A stretch of DNA of 64,000 nucleotides from Ranitomeya imitator (lineage: Eukaryota). Position numbers and translations under genes: made by a program. The notes under the pieces were generated by a model that did not search any database, was not told the DNA's origin, and worked only from the letters and a program-made list of their open reading frames with translations. This document shows, one piece after another, positions 22,962-36,784 of this stretch; the stretch's first letter is position 1, and every line of letters starts with the position of its first letter. The DNA lies in NCBI RefSeq assembly GCF_032444005.1, contig NC_091285.1:666128001-666192000 (forward strand), read 5' to 3'.

Positions 22962-23151
22962 CCCTGCTGTTGTCTTCGGTCTGGGGAGACCGATTTTGAA
23001 CTTGGTGTTCAAGATGCGGTTCTGAAACTTGTGGTTGATTGACTTCATGAGGATGGGTCGGTCGGCCACGGGTTTCAGAGCCGCATCTTGAATATTTTAA
23101 AGAATATTAAAGTTCAAGGTCGGTCGTTTTTGACCGAAGACAACAGCAGGG
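22962..23151. mobile_element. piggyBac-type MITE (190 bp)
   Basis: Perfect 20-bp TIRs ccctgctgttgtcttcggtc and gaccgaagacaacagcaggg. TTAA on the left and TAAA on the right. A second inverted pair lies inside. Confidence 0.8.
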
Positions 23152-23351
23152 TAAACGTCATACTGTAACTGTTACCTCGGACAGGTTTTACGCTGCGTTG
23201 GCCACCGATATATGTCCCTCTTTTTTTGACATGTATGAACTATATAAGATATCGCATTAGTGTTGATATTATCATTAGACAAGATTTCTGACTTTTGTTT
23301 TATATATTTTTCTTTTTCTCAAAACGTTATGTCTTTGTGCTAGATAAACTA

Positions 23352-23398
23352 AATTGCTCTGAGGAAGGTCCATATAGGACCAAAAACGTTCAGCAATT
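23352..23398 (+). ncRNA. Degenerate minimal type-I hammerhead ribozyme motif, Penelope-like element signature
   Basis: Stem I aattgct/agcaatt, core CTGAGGA, stem II ggtcc-atata-ggacc, then AAAAAC in place of GAAAC, palindromic ACGT and a UUC cleavage triplet. AATAAA follows at 23420. Confidence 0.6.
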
Positions 23399-23789
23399 GA
23401 TTTGTTTGTCAGGATGTGAAATAAACAGACTTATCCTTCATCAGAATCTATAGAGTGCCGAGTTTTTCTACATATTTGTTGACGCGGGTTGGAGACTCTA
23501 CTTGAGCACCTACTTCCATCTTTCGCAAAGTGCCGTGTATTTTTGATATCCAGGTTTTCGTGGGCCCCGGGTGAAAGGGTCTCACCGGACCCATTTAACA
23601 CATAACACGATTTCTGATGGACAGATAATAAACATAGGTATAGTACGAGGCCAAAGATCTCACTTACTTCTTACATTATGAGTGATATCTATTGTAAACT
23701 CTACAATAGCTCAGAAACTGGTGAATGCTCGCCGCTCACAGTGCAGGCCCTGGGGGGATCAAAAGTCTGCGAGTTTCACATAGTCCTCC

Positions 23790-24700
23790 AGACAGTATTA
23801 TGGGCCCCATATATTGCTCCATACAGTATAATGGGCCCATATAATGCTCAATACACTATTATCGGCCTCATATATTGCTCCATAAAGTATTATAGCCACA
23901 TATATTGCTCCATACAGTATAATGGGCCCATATAATGCTCAATACACTATTATCGGCCTCATATATTGCTCCATACAGTATAATGGGCCCATATGTTGCT
24001 CCTTACAGTTTAATGAGCCCCATATAATGCTCGATACATTATTATGGACCCCATATATTGCTCAATAAAGTATGGGCCCCATATATTGCTCCATACAGTA
24101 TTATGGGTACTATATAATGCTCCATACAGTATAATGCACCACATGTATTGCTCCATACAGTATAATGGGCACCACATAGTGCTCATACAGTATAATGGGC
24201 CCCATATAATGCTACATACACTTATCGGCCTCATATATAGCCACATAAAGTATTATGAGCCTCATATATTGCTCCATAAAGTATTATGGGCCCCATATAT
24301 TGCTCCATATGCCATTATGGGCCCCATATATTGCTCCATAAAATATTATGGTCCCTATATATCACTCCATACAGTATTATGGGCCACATATATTGCTCCA
24401 TACGCCATTATGGGCCCCATATATTGCTCCATAAAATATTATGGTCCCTATATATTGCTCCATAAAGTTTTATGGGCTCCATATATTGCTCCTTACAGTA
24501 TAATGGGCCACATATATTGCTTCATACAGTATAATGGGCCCCATATATTGCTCCATACACTTATCAGCCTCATATATTGCTCCATAAAGTATTTTGAGCC
24601 CCATATATTGCTCCATACAGTATAATGGGCACCATATATTGCTCCATACAGTATAATGGGCACCATATATTGCTCCATACAGTATAATGGCTCCATATAT
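23790..24700. repeat. Degenerate tandem repeat of about 30 bp
   Basis: Unit cccatatattgctccatacagtataatggg with many variants. It is probably the internal repeat of a non-autonomous element. Confidence 0.9.
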
Positions 24701-25797
24701 TCCATATATTCAAATCTTCCGCTCTCCCAGTTGCCCGCTGTTCTGGTCTCATCTGCATCTTCTGATTCTCTGCACCGCTCAGCACAGAAGGCGTGTTGTA
24801 GGGACGCCATCATGCCCTGAGACGTCACAGAGAGGCAGAAGATGCTGAGGAGACCGGAGCGGTCCCCCTGGAGAAAGGATTGCCGCATACATTCTTCTCA
24901 CCTAATAGCAAAAATGATGAACTTGTCAAGAGTTGTTCCTTTTGGTTTGAATGATTGCACAGTTCTCCACAGTGTACAAATAATACCGCCATACAGTGCA
25001 CAAAGTCCAAGAATAGAGCCACATACTGCTTCATTTCCAGAGGGAAGACCGTGCTCATGTGCCAAATTTCCAAGCAGAGACTCCTCCTGAGTCGGGTGGT
25101 GCCGAGACACAGGACAGTCGCCACTTTTATCCTTTTATTATCCAGCCCCAGACATCTACAGCAAGAATCCATCAAACCACTACGTTCATGACCACCACCA
25201 AAACGATAAAGACCTGAGCATTTATGACAGTTTGTCTCCAGTTCCGCGTGTTATATCCACTTCCAATAGGAAAAACACGGCTGCTGTTTTTTTCAGAAAT
25301 AGCGCCACAGTTGTATAGAGGTCGTGTCTGGTACTGCAGCTGGGCTCCATACACTTCAATGAAGCCAAACTGCAATACTGCACATAACCCACAGACACGT
25401 TTGGCGCTGTTTCAGACAGAAAGTAGCCATATTTTTCTAATTCTGGAAAGCCCCTTCAGTTCCTATTTACATCTTGTTTTTAAATCCATGTTTCTTTCGC
25501 CTTAATTTTTTTCACTTTCCTATTGAAATCGCCTCTTGCTTTTCCTATTTTGTTTCCTCTTCCTTATTCTGTTTTCTTTACTGATTCCAACCAGATTCTC
25601 CGCTTTCCCTGCACTGATCCCAAATCCCCCTCTCTGCTCAGCTTCACATTTCACCCAGGACAGGGCGGAGGCGCAGACTACACAAGTGAGCTCAACATCT
25701 GCTTTCCAGATGTACTCACACCCAAAATGTGCCCTCCTACCTGAATCCTGGAGGGAGCTCTGCTCACTACACCCCATCATCTTATTCTCCTGATATA

Positions 25798-27299
25798 CAG
25801 TTGTGCTCAAAAGTTTAAATCATAATGACAACCCAAAACATCCAAATGACCCTGATCAAAAGTTCACATACCCTGGTGATTTTGGCCTGATAACATGCAC
25901 AGAAGTTGACTGTGAATGGCTACTAAAGGTAACATCCTCATCTGTGACCTGTTTGCTTGTAATCAGTGTGTGTGCATAAAAGCTGAGTGAGTTTCTGGGT
26001 CCAGACAGACTCTCGCATCTTTCATCCAGCCACTGACGTTTCTGGATTGTGAGTCATGAAGAAAGCAAAAGAATTGTCAACGGATCTACGGGAAAAGGTA
26101 GTTGAACTGTATAAAACAGGAAAGGGATACAAAAAGATATCCAAGGAATTGATAATGCCAGTCAGCAGCGTTCACACTGTGATTAATAGAAAATTAGGGG
26201 CTCTGTAAAAACAAAACCACGGTCAGGTAGACCAACAAAAATGACGTCCACAACTGCCAGGAAAATTCTGGAAAGTTCTGGATGCAAAGAAAAAGCCACA
26301 AATAACATCAGCTGAAATACTGGACTCTCTGAAAACTTGCAGTGTGGCTGTTTCAAGATGTACACTAAGGAGGAACTTGAAGAAAAATGGGCTGCATGGT
26401 TGGGTCGCCAGAAGAAAGCCATTACTGCGCAAATGCCACAAAGTATCTCACCTACATTATGCAAAACAGCACAGAGACAAGCCTCAAAACTTCTGGAACA
26501 AGGTAATTTGGAGTGAGGAGACCAAAATTAAACTTTTTGGCCACAACTATAAACGTTACATTTGGAGACAGGTCAACAAGACCTATGTTGAAAGGAACAC
26601 CATTCCTACTGTAAAGCATGGAAGTGGATCACTGATGTTTTGGGGATGTGTGAGCTACAAAGGCACAGGAAACTTGGTCAAAGTTGAAGGAAAGATGAAT
26701 GCAGCACGTTATCAGCAAATACTGGAGGCAAATTTTCACTCATCAGCCTGGAAGCTGCGCATGGGACGTACTTGGACGTTCCAACAAGACAATGATCCAA
26801 AACACAAGACCAAGTCAACCTGTCATTGGCTACAGCAGAACAAAGTGAAGGTTCTGGAGTGGCCATCTCAGTCTCCTGACCTCAATATCATTGAGCCACT
26901 CTGGGGAGATCTCAAGTGCGCAGTTCATACTAGACAGCCCAGGAATTTACAGGAACTGGAGGCTTTTTGCCAAGAAGAGTGGGCAGCTTTACCATCTGAG
27001 AAAATAAAGAACCTCATCCACAACTACCACAAAAGACTTTAAGCTGTCATAGATGTTAGAGGGGGCAATACACGATATTAAGAAATGGGGTATGTGAACT
27101 TTTGATCAGGGTCATTTGGATGTTTTGGGTTGTCATTATGATTTAAAAAGAGAAAACACAGTAGTTTGACAATAAATGGCTTTACCCAACCACTAACCAT
27201 GAGTGGAGAAAAAGTTTTGGTGTCATCATTCATATTCTCTGAAAAAAGGCCAAGAAAGCAAAAATTCTGCCGGAGTATGTAAATTTTTGAGCACAACTG
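25798..27299 (+). mobile_element. Tc1/mariner DD34E transposon, inactive
   Basis: Ends cagttgtgctcaaaa and tttttgagcacaactg with a TA duplication. The transposase runs from ATG 26056 to 27042 with an early frameshift or stop. The first catalytic D is changed (WSEETK), while QQDNDPKH and SPDLNIIE are intact. Confidence 0.95.
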
Positions 27300-27319
27300 T
27301 ATAAAGATCCTTAATACAG

Positions 27320-30300
27320 CAACCCGGCTCCTGATCCTCTTATTACCCCTGTAACCTCTTATTACAGTAACCCGGCTCCTGATCCTCTTATTACCCTGTA
27401 ACCTCTTATTACAGTAACCCGGCTCCTGATCCTCTTATTACCCTGTAACCTCTTATTACCCTGTAACCTCTTATTACAGTAACGCGGCTCCTGATCCTCT
27501 TATTACCCTGTAACCTCTTATTACCCTCTAACCTCTTATTACAGTAACCTGGCTCCTGATCCTCTTATTACCCCTGTAACCTCTTATTACCCTGTAACCT
27601 CTTATTACAGTAACCCGGCTCCTGATCCTCTTATTACCCCTGTAACCTCTTATTACCCTGTAACCTCTTATTACAGTAACCCGGCTCCTGATCCTCTTAT
27701 TACCCCTGTAACTTCTTATTACAGTAACCCGGCTCCTGATCCTCTTATTACCCTGTAACCTCTTATTACCCTGTAACCTCTTATTACAGTAACGCGGCTC
27801 CTGATCCTCTTATTACCCTGTAACCTCTTATTACCCTCTAACCTCTTATTACAGTAACCTGGCTCCTGATCCTCTTATTACCCCTGTAACCTCTTATTAC
27901 CCTGTAACCTCTTATTACAGTAACCCGGCTCCTGATCCTCTTATTACCCCTGTAACCTCTTATTACCCTGTAACCTCTTATTACAGTAACCCGGCTCCTG
28001 ATCCTCTTATTACCCCTGTAACTTCTTATTACAGTAACCCGGCTCCTGATCCTCTTATTACCCCTGTAACATCTTATTACAGTAACCCGGCTCCTGATCC
28101 TCTTATTACCCCTGTAACCTCTTATTACAGTAACCCGGCTCCTGATCCTCTTATTACCCTGTAACCTCTTATTACAGTAACCCGACTCCTGATCCTCTTA
28201 TTACCCTGTAACCTCTTATTACAGTAACCCGGCTCCTGATCCTCTTATTACCCCTGTAACTTCTTATTACAGTAACCCGGCTCCTGATCCTCTTATTACC
28301 CTGTAACCTCTTATTACAGTAACCCGGCTCCTGATCCTCTTATTACCCTGTAACCTCTTATTACAGTAACCCGGCTCCTGATCCTCTTATTACCCTGTAA
28401 CCTCTTATTACAGTAACCCGGCTCCTGATCCTCTTATTACCCCTGTAACCTCTTATTACAGTAACCCGGCTCCTGATCCTCTTATTACCCTGTAACCTCT
28501 TATTACAGTAACCCGACTCCTGATCCTCTTATTACCCTGTAACCTCTTATTACAGTAACCCGACTCCTGATCCTCTTATTACCCTGTAACCTCTTATTAC
28601 AGTAACCCGGCTCTTGATCCTCTTATTACCCCTGTAACCTCTTATTACAGTAACCCGGCTCCTGATCCTCTTATTACCCCTGTAACCTCTTATTACAGTA
28701 ACCCGGCTCCTGATCCTCTTATTACCCCTGTAACCTCTTGTTACAGTAACCCGGCTCCTGATCCTCTTATTACCCCTGTAACCTCTTATTACAGTAACCC
28801 GGCTCCTGATCCTCTTATTACCCTGTAACCTCTTATTACAGTAACCCGGCTCCTGATCCTCTTATTACCCCTGTAACCTCTTATTACAGTAACCCGGCTC
28901 CTGATCCTCTTATTACCCCTGTAACCTCTTATTACAGTAACCCGGCTCCTGATCCTCTTATTACCCCTGTAATCTCTTATTACAGTAACCCGGCTCCTGA
29001 TCCTCTTATTACCCTGTAATCTCTTATTACAGTAACCTGGCTCCTGATCCTCTTATTACCCCTGTAACCTCTTATTACAGTAACCCGGCTCCTGATCCTC
29101 TTATTACCCTGTAACCTCTTATTACAGTAACCCGGCTCCTGATCCTCTTATTACCCCTGTAATCTCTTATTACAGTAACCCGGCTCCTGATCCTCTTATT
29201 ACCCTGTAACCTGTTATCACAGTAACCTGGCTCCTGATCCTCTTATTACCCTGTAACCTCTTATTACAGTAACCCGGCTCCTGATCCTCTTATTACCCTG
29301 TAACCTCGTATTACAGTAACCCGGCTCCTGATCCTCTTATTACCCCTGTAATCTCTTATTACAGTTACCCCTTCTCCTGATCCTCTTATTACCCTGTAAC
29401 CTGTTATCACAGTAACCTGGCTCCTGATCCTCTTATTACCCTGTAACCTCTTATTACAGTAACCCGGCTCCTGATCCTCTTATTACCCCTGTAACCTCTT
29501 ATTACAGTAACCCGGCTCCTGATCCTCTTATTACCCTGTAACCTCTTATTACAGTAACCCGGCTCCTGATCCTCTTATTACCCCTGTAACCTCTTATTAC
29601 AGTAACCCGGCTCCTGATCCTCTTATTACCCCTGTAACCTCTTATTACAGTAACCCGGCTCCTGATCCTCTTATTACCCTGTAACCTCTTATTACAGTAA
29701 CCCGGCTCCTGATCCTCTTATTACCCTGTAACCTCTTATTACCCTGTAACCTCTTATTACAGTAACGCGGCTCCTGATCCTCTTATTACCCTGTAACCTC
29801 TTATTACTCTCTAACCTCTTATTACAGTAACCTGGCTCCTGATCCTCTTATTACCCCTGTAACCTCTTATTACCCTGTAATCTCTTATTACAGTAACCCG
29901 GCTCCTGATCCTCTTATTACCCCTGTAACCTCTTATTACCCTGTAACCTCTTATTACAGTAACCCGGCTCCTGATCCTCTTATTACCCCTGTAACTTCTT
30001 ATTACAGTAACCCGGCTCCTGATCCTCTTATTACCCCTGTAACCTCTTATTACAGTAACCCGGCTCCTGATCCTCTTATTACCCTGTAACCTCTTATTAC
30101 AGTAACCCGGCTCCTGATCCTCTTATTACCCTGTAACCTCTTATTACAGTAACCCGCCTCCTGATCCTCTTATTACCCCTGTAACTTCTTATTACAGTAA
30201 CCCGGCTCCTGATCCTCTTATTACCCCTGTAACATCTTATTACAGTAACCTGGCTCCTGATCCTCTTATTACCCCTGTAACCTCTTATTACAGTAACCCG

Positions 30301-30585
30301 GCTCCTGATCCTCTTATTACCCTGTAACCTCTTATTACAGTAACCCGACTCCTGATCCTCTTATTACCCTGTAACCTCTTATTACAGTAACCCGGCTCCT
30401 GATCCTCTTATTACCCTGTAACCTCTTATTACAGTAACCCGGCTCCTGATCCTCTTATTACCCTGTAACCTCTTATTACAGTAACCCGGCTCCTGATCCT
30501 CTTATTACCCCTGTAACCTCTTATTACAGTAACCCGGCTCCTGATCCTCTTATTACCCCTGTAACCTCTTATTACAGTAACCCAG
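27320..30585. repeat. 47/48-bp minisatellite, about 65 copies
   Basis: Unit cagtaacccggctcctgatcctcttattacc(c)ctgtaacctcttatta. Some units carry an extra sub-repeat of about 17 bp. Confidence 0.98.
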
Positions 30586-30959
30586 TAACTTTCTAAGCTT
30601 TTTCTATTCCCAGGATTCACCATCAGATTTCTGTCTTGCACTCGGTGTTTCATGACTTTATCTCCTTAGCAGATATTCCTTATATAAAGCTCAGCCATCT
30701 TGCAGGTATAATCCAGATATATTATTTGTGCACAAGCCAAGATTCTCCCCACCTACATTCCCAGACCCGCTGGTTTATCCATTACTCCTATACATGTTCC
30801 AGATTCTATATATCCAGATTCTTACACCCAGTGTCGATAATAAATCTCTGTCAAGTCATTGGCAAACATGGTGAAAGGGTCACAGAAGTAGCGTATAGCG
30901 GTGTTTTTAGGCGATTGTATGGCATTATTATTATCTAGGCACCTTATGGAAGATTATGT

Positions 30960-33900
30960 AAATTATATGGCGGTATTGGGTCACTGTAGTGCATTATTAT
31001 CCAGCTGCTTTTCATATGATGACGATGTGCAATATATGGCGGTATTATAGGGACACTAGTGCATCATTATTATCCAGCTGGTTTTCGTATGATGACTATG
31101 TGCATTATATGGCGGTATTATAGGGACACTAGTGCATTATTATTATCCAGCTGCTTTTCGTATGATGATAATGTGTATTATATGGCGGATTATAGGGACA
31201 TCAGTGCAATATTATCCAGCTGCTTTTCGTATGATGACGATGTGCAATATATGGCAGTATTATAGGGACACTAGTGCATCATTATTATCTAGCTGCTTTT
31301 CGTATGATCATGATGTGCATTACATGGCGGTATTATAGGGACACTAGTGCATTATTATTATCCAGCTGCTTTTCGTATGATGACGATGTGCATTATGTGG
31401 CGGTATTATAGGGACACTAGTGCATCATTATTATCTAGCTGCTTTTCGTATGATGATGATGTGCATTATATGGCGGTATTATAGGGACACTAGTGCATCA
31501 TTATTATCTAGCTGCTTTTCGTATGATGACGATGTGCATTATATGGCGGTATTATAGGGACACTAGTGCATTATTATTATCCAGCTGCTTTTCATATGAT
31601 GACGATGTGCATTATATGGCGGTATTATAGGGACACTAGTGCATCATTATCTAGCTGCTTTCGTATGATGATGATGTGCATTATATGGCGGTATTAGAGG
31701 GACACTAGTGCATTATTATCTAGCTGCTTTTCATAAAATGATGATGTGCATTATATGGCGGTATTATAGGGACACTAGTGCATTATTATTATCCAGCTAC
31801 TTTTGTATGATGACGATGTGCATTATATGGCGGTATTATAGGGACACTAGTGCATTATTATTATCCAGCAGCTTTTCGTATGATGACGATGTGCATTATA
31901 TGGCGGTATTATAGGGACACTAGTGCATTATTATTATCTAGCTGCTTTTCGTATGATCATGATGTGCATTATATGGCGGTATTATAGGGACACTAGTGCA
32001 TCATTATTATCTAGCTGCTTTTCGTATGATGATGATGTGCATTATATGGCGGTATTAATGGGACACTAGTGCCTTATTATTATCCAGCTGCTTTTCATAT
32101 GATGACGATGTGCATTATATGGCGGTATTATAGGGACACTAGTGCATTATTATTATCCAGCTACTTTTCGTATGATGACGATGTGCATTATATGGCACTA
32201 TTATAGGGACACTAGTGCATCATTATTATCTAGCTGCTTTTCGTATGATGATGATGTGCATTACATAGCGGTATTATAGGGACACTAGTGCATTATTATT
32301 ATCCAGCTGCTTTTCGTATGATGACGATGTGCATTATATGGCGGTATTATAGGGACACTAGTGCATCATTATTATCCAGCTGCTTTTCGTATGATGACGA
32401 TGTGCATTATATGGCGGTATTATAGGGACACTAGTGCATCATTATTATCCAGCTGCTTTTCGTATGATGACGATGTGCATTATATGGCGGTATTATAGGG
32501 ACACTAGTGCATTATTATTATCCAGCTGCTTTTCGTATGATGACGATGTGCATTATATGGCGGTATTATAGGGACACTAGTGCATCATTATTATACAGCT
32601 GCTTTTCGTATGATGACGATGTGCATTATATGGCGGTATTATAGGGACACTAGTGCATCATTATTATCCAGCTGCTTTTCGTATGATGACGATGTGCAAT
32701 ATATGGCGGTATTATAGGGACACTAGTGCATCATTATTATCTAGCTGCTTTTCGTATGATCATGATGTGCATTACATGGCGGTATTATAGGGACACTAGT
32801 GCATTATTATTATCCAGCTGCTTTTCGTATGATGACGATGTGCAATATGTGGCGGTATTATAGGGACACTAGTGCATCATTATTATCTAGCTGCTTTTCG
32901 TATGATGATGATGTGCATTATATGGCGGTATTATAGGGACACTAGTGCATCATTATTATCTAGCTGCTTTTCGTATGATCATGATGTGCATTATATGGCG
33001 GTATTATCGGGACACTAGTGCATTATTATTATCCAGCTGCTTTTCATATGATGACGATGTGCATTATATGGCGGTATTATAGGGACACTAGTGCATCATT
33101 ATTATCTAGCTGCTTTTCGTATGATGATGATGTGCATTATATGGCGGTATTATAGGGACACTAGTGCATTATTATTATCTAGCTGCTTTTCATATGATGA
33201 TGATGTGCATTATATGGCGGTATTATAGGGACACTAGTGCATTATTATTATCCAGCTACTTTTCGTATGATGACGATGTGCATTATATGGCGGTATTATA
33301 GGGACACTAGTGCATTATTATTATCCAGCTGCTTTTCGTATGATGACGATGTGCATTATATGGCGGTATTATAGGGACACTAGTGCATTATTATTATCTA
33401 GCTGCTTTTCGTATGATCATGATGTGCATTATATGGCGGTATTAATGGGACACTAGTGCATTATTATTATCCAGCTGCTTTTCATATGATGACGATGTGC
33501 ATTATATGGCGGTATTATAGGGACACTAGTGCATTATTATTATCCAGCTACTTTTCGTATGATGACGATGTGCATTATATGGCGCTATTATAGGGACACT
33601 AGTGCATCATTATTATCTAGCTGCTTTTCGTATGATGATGATGTGCATTATATGGTGGTATTATAGGGACACTAGTGCATTATTATTATCTAGCTGCTTT
33701 TCATATGATGATGATGTGCATTATATGGCGGTATTATAGGGACACTAGTGCATCATTATTATCCAGCTACTTTTCGTATGATGACGATGTGCATTATATG
33801 GCGCTATTATAGGGACACTAGTGCATTATTATTATCTAGCTGCTTTTTGTATGATGATGATGTGCATTATATGGTGGTATTATAGGGACACTAGTGCATT

Positions 33901-35560
33901 ATTATTATCTAGCTGCTTTTCATATGATGATGATGTGCATTATATGGCGGTATTATTGGGACACTAGTGCATCATTATTATCTAGCTGCTTTTCGTATGA
34001 TGATGATGTGCATTATATGGCGGTATTATAGGGACACTAGTGCATTATTATTATCTAGCTGCTTTTCATATGATGATGATGTGCATTATATGGCGGTATT
34101 ATAGGGACACTAGTGCATTATTATTATCCAGCTGCTTTTCGTATGATCATGATGTGCATTATATGGCGGTATTATAGGGACACTAGTGCATTATTATTAT
34201 CTAGCTGCTTTTCGTATGATCATGATGTGCATTATATGGCGGTATTAATGGGACACTAGTGCATTATTATTATCCAGCTGCTTTTCATATGATGACGATG
34301 TGCATTATATGGCGGTATTATAGGGACACTAGTGCATTATTATTATCCAGCTACTTTTCGTATGATGACGATGTGCATTATATGGCGCTATTATAGGGAC
34401 ACTAGTGCATCATTATTATCTAGCTGCTTTTCGTATGATGACGATGTGCATTATATGGCGGTATTATAGGGACACTAGTGCATTATTATTATCCAGCTGC
34501 TTTTCGTATGATGATGATGTGCATTATATGGCGGTATTATAGGGACACTAGTGCATTATTATTATCCAGCTGCTTTTCATATGATGACGATGTGCATTAT
34601 ATGGCGGTATTATAGGGACACTAGTGCATCATTATTATCCAGCTGCTTTTCGTATGATGACGATGTGCATTATATGGCGGTATTATAGGGACACTAGTGC
34701 ATTATTATTATCCAGCTGCTTTTTGTATGATGACGATGTGCATTATATGTCGGTATTATAGGGACACTAGTGCATCATTATTATCTAGCTGCTTTTCGTA
34801 TGATGATGATGTGCATTACATGGCGGTATTATAGGGACACTAGTGCATTATTATTATCCAGCTGCTTTTCGTATGATGACGATGTGCATTATATGGCGGT
34901 ATTATAGGGACACTAGTGCATCATTATTATCCAGCTGCTTTTCGTATGATGTGCATTATATGGCGGTATTATAGGGACACTAGTGCATTATTATTATCTA
35001 GCTGCTTTTCAGATGATGATTATGCGCATTATATGGTGGTATTATAGGGACACTAGTGCATCATTATTATCTAGCTGCTTTTCGTATGATGATGATGTGC
35101 ATTACATGGCGGTATTATAGGGACACTAGTGCATTATTATTATCCAGCTGCTTTTCGTATGATGACGATGTGCATTATATGGCGGTATTATAGGGACACT
35201 AGTGCATCATTATTATCCAGCTGCTTTTCGTATGATGATGATGTGCATTATATGGCGGTATTATAGGGACACTAGTGCATTATTATTATCTAGCTGCTTT
35301 TCGTATGATCATGATGTGCATTATATGGCGGTATTATAGGGACACTAGTGCATTATTATTATCTAGCTGCTTTTTGTATGATGATGATGTGCATTATATG
35401 GTGGTATTATAGGGACACTAGTGCATTATTATTATCTAGCTGCTTTTTGTATGATGATTATGTGCATTATATGGCGGTATTATAGGGACACTAGTGCATT
35501 ATTATTATCTAGCTGCTTTTTGTATGATGATTATGTGCATTATATGGCGGTATTATAGGG
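30960..35560. repeat. 73-bp minisatellite, about 63 copies
   Basis: Unit gggacactagtgcattattattatccagctgcttttcgtatgatgacgatgtgcattatatggcggtattata. The period was measured from 32279 to 32352. Confidence 0.98.
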
Positions 35561-36784
35561 ACCTTGTCATAATTGTTTGCTCCATAGACCTATTCAGACC
35601 CTGTAGAGCGTGTACATATCATAGCTTTTGTGGTGCCCTTGGCAAGAAGTAGATCGTTGGTCATCCTGCTTAGTGTAAGCCAGTCTGACCTCTCTCTCTC
35701 TAGGCGGGGGAGAATGGATCCTTAAATATTAGTGGAGTGGAGCGCTGATAGAAAGCGTGTCTGGAGGACCTGGCGCGTCTGTAAATTACATGGACACGCC
35801 ATTGAGCTTAAAATGTGTAATGCTTCATTTTGCCTGCGGGGGCACTGTAGGGAGAATTGAGGTTCTTCATTCCTTTCGATCCAGGGTTCGAATCCCCACA
35901 ATACCTTACAGGCTTTTCCCCAAAATATCCATGGTTCTTTGGCTATTTTGTGTGCACCCATAGATCATTAGAACTGGAAAAAAAACATTCCTTAGTGGGT
36001 CAGAATGTGAGGACGGGGCCTTCTGCAAGACTGGCGGAAAATGTAATAAGATTCCAGTTTTCTGCCTCATGTGGCGGAAAAAAGATCCGGAGCGAAAGTT
36101 CCACCTCCGCAGCCTTAAATGTCCTCACCCCTCGGTTCCAGATCAATTCTGGGATGTAGCAGAGCCGAGTGTGTAGAAGTGAATGACCAGCTCGGCTCTG
36201 CTACAGCGGATGCAGTTTTGTACAGTTTCCCTCCTCACCTCACCCCTTTCTCTGGCCCTCCATCACTGAGCACACACCCAAGTCTCTGCGCTCCAGAAAA
36301 CTCTGCTGCTCCCACTTATTTCAGCGCCTGAAACGCGCTGGCACGCCACATAATGAAGTGCAGATGTAGCAGAGCTGGGTTGGTCACTTGGCACCACTCA
36401 TGACTATTAGATCACCATGTGTTTATCGCTGCTTTTACATGGGACTGCAAGCACAAACATGACCGATTATTCTCCTACAAACACAGACTCGGCTCTGCTA
36501 CATCCGAGCGCTGTAAAAACACAGGAAAATCCGGAATTCATAATCTTTAATTCTGTTTCTTTTTGGTCCCAGGAGTAAAGTGAGAAATTCCTGCTCCCAC
36601 CCCGAAGGTGCCGGCGGCGGAAGAACTGATCGTCAGCTCCGCGGCTCACTCGTTATATAACGCTACGGTGGGAAAACGGAGCCGCAACAATTAATATTGG
36701 AAACCGCTAAGATTTCTGTAAACTTTTTTTTTTTTTTTGCTTATATTTGGGGCAAAAAGCGTCGTCTTAATACTAAAAGTCTGG

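Noticed and set aside
25020-25110. Possible minus-strand exon (EESLLGNLAHEHGLPSGNEA) with AG/GT ends
   Set aside because: The pyrimidine tract is weak, I recognise no homology, and there are no partner exons.
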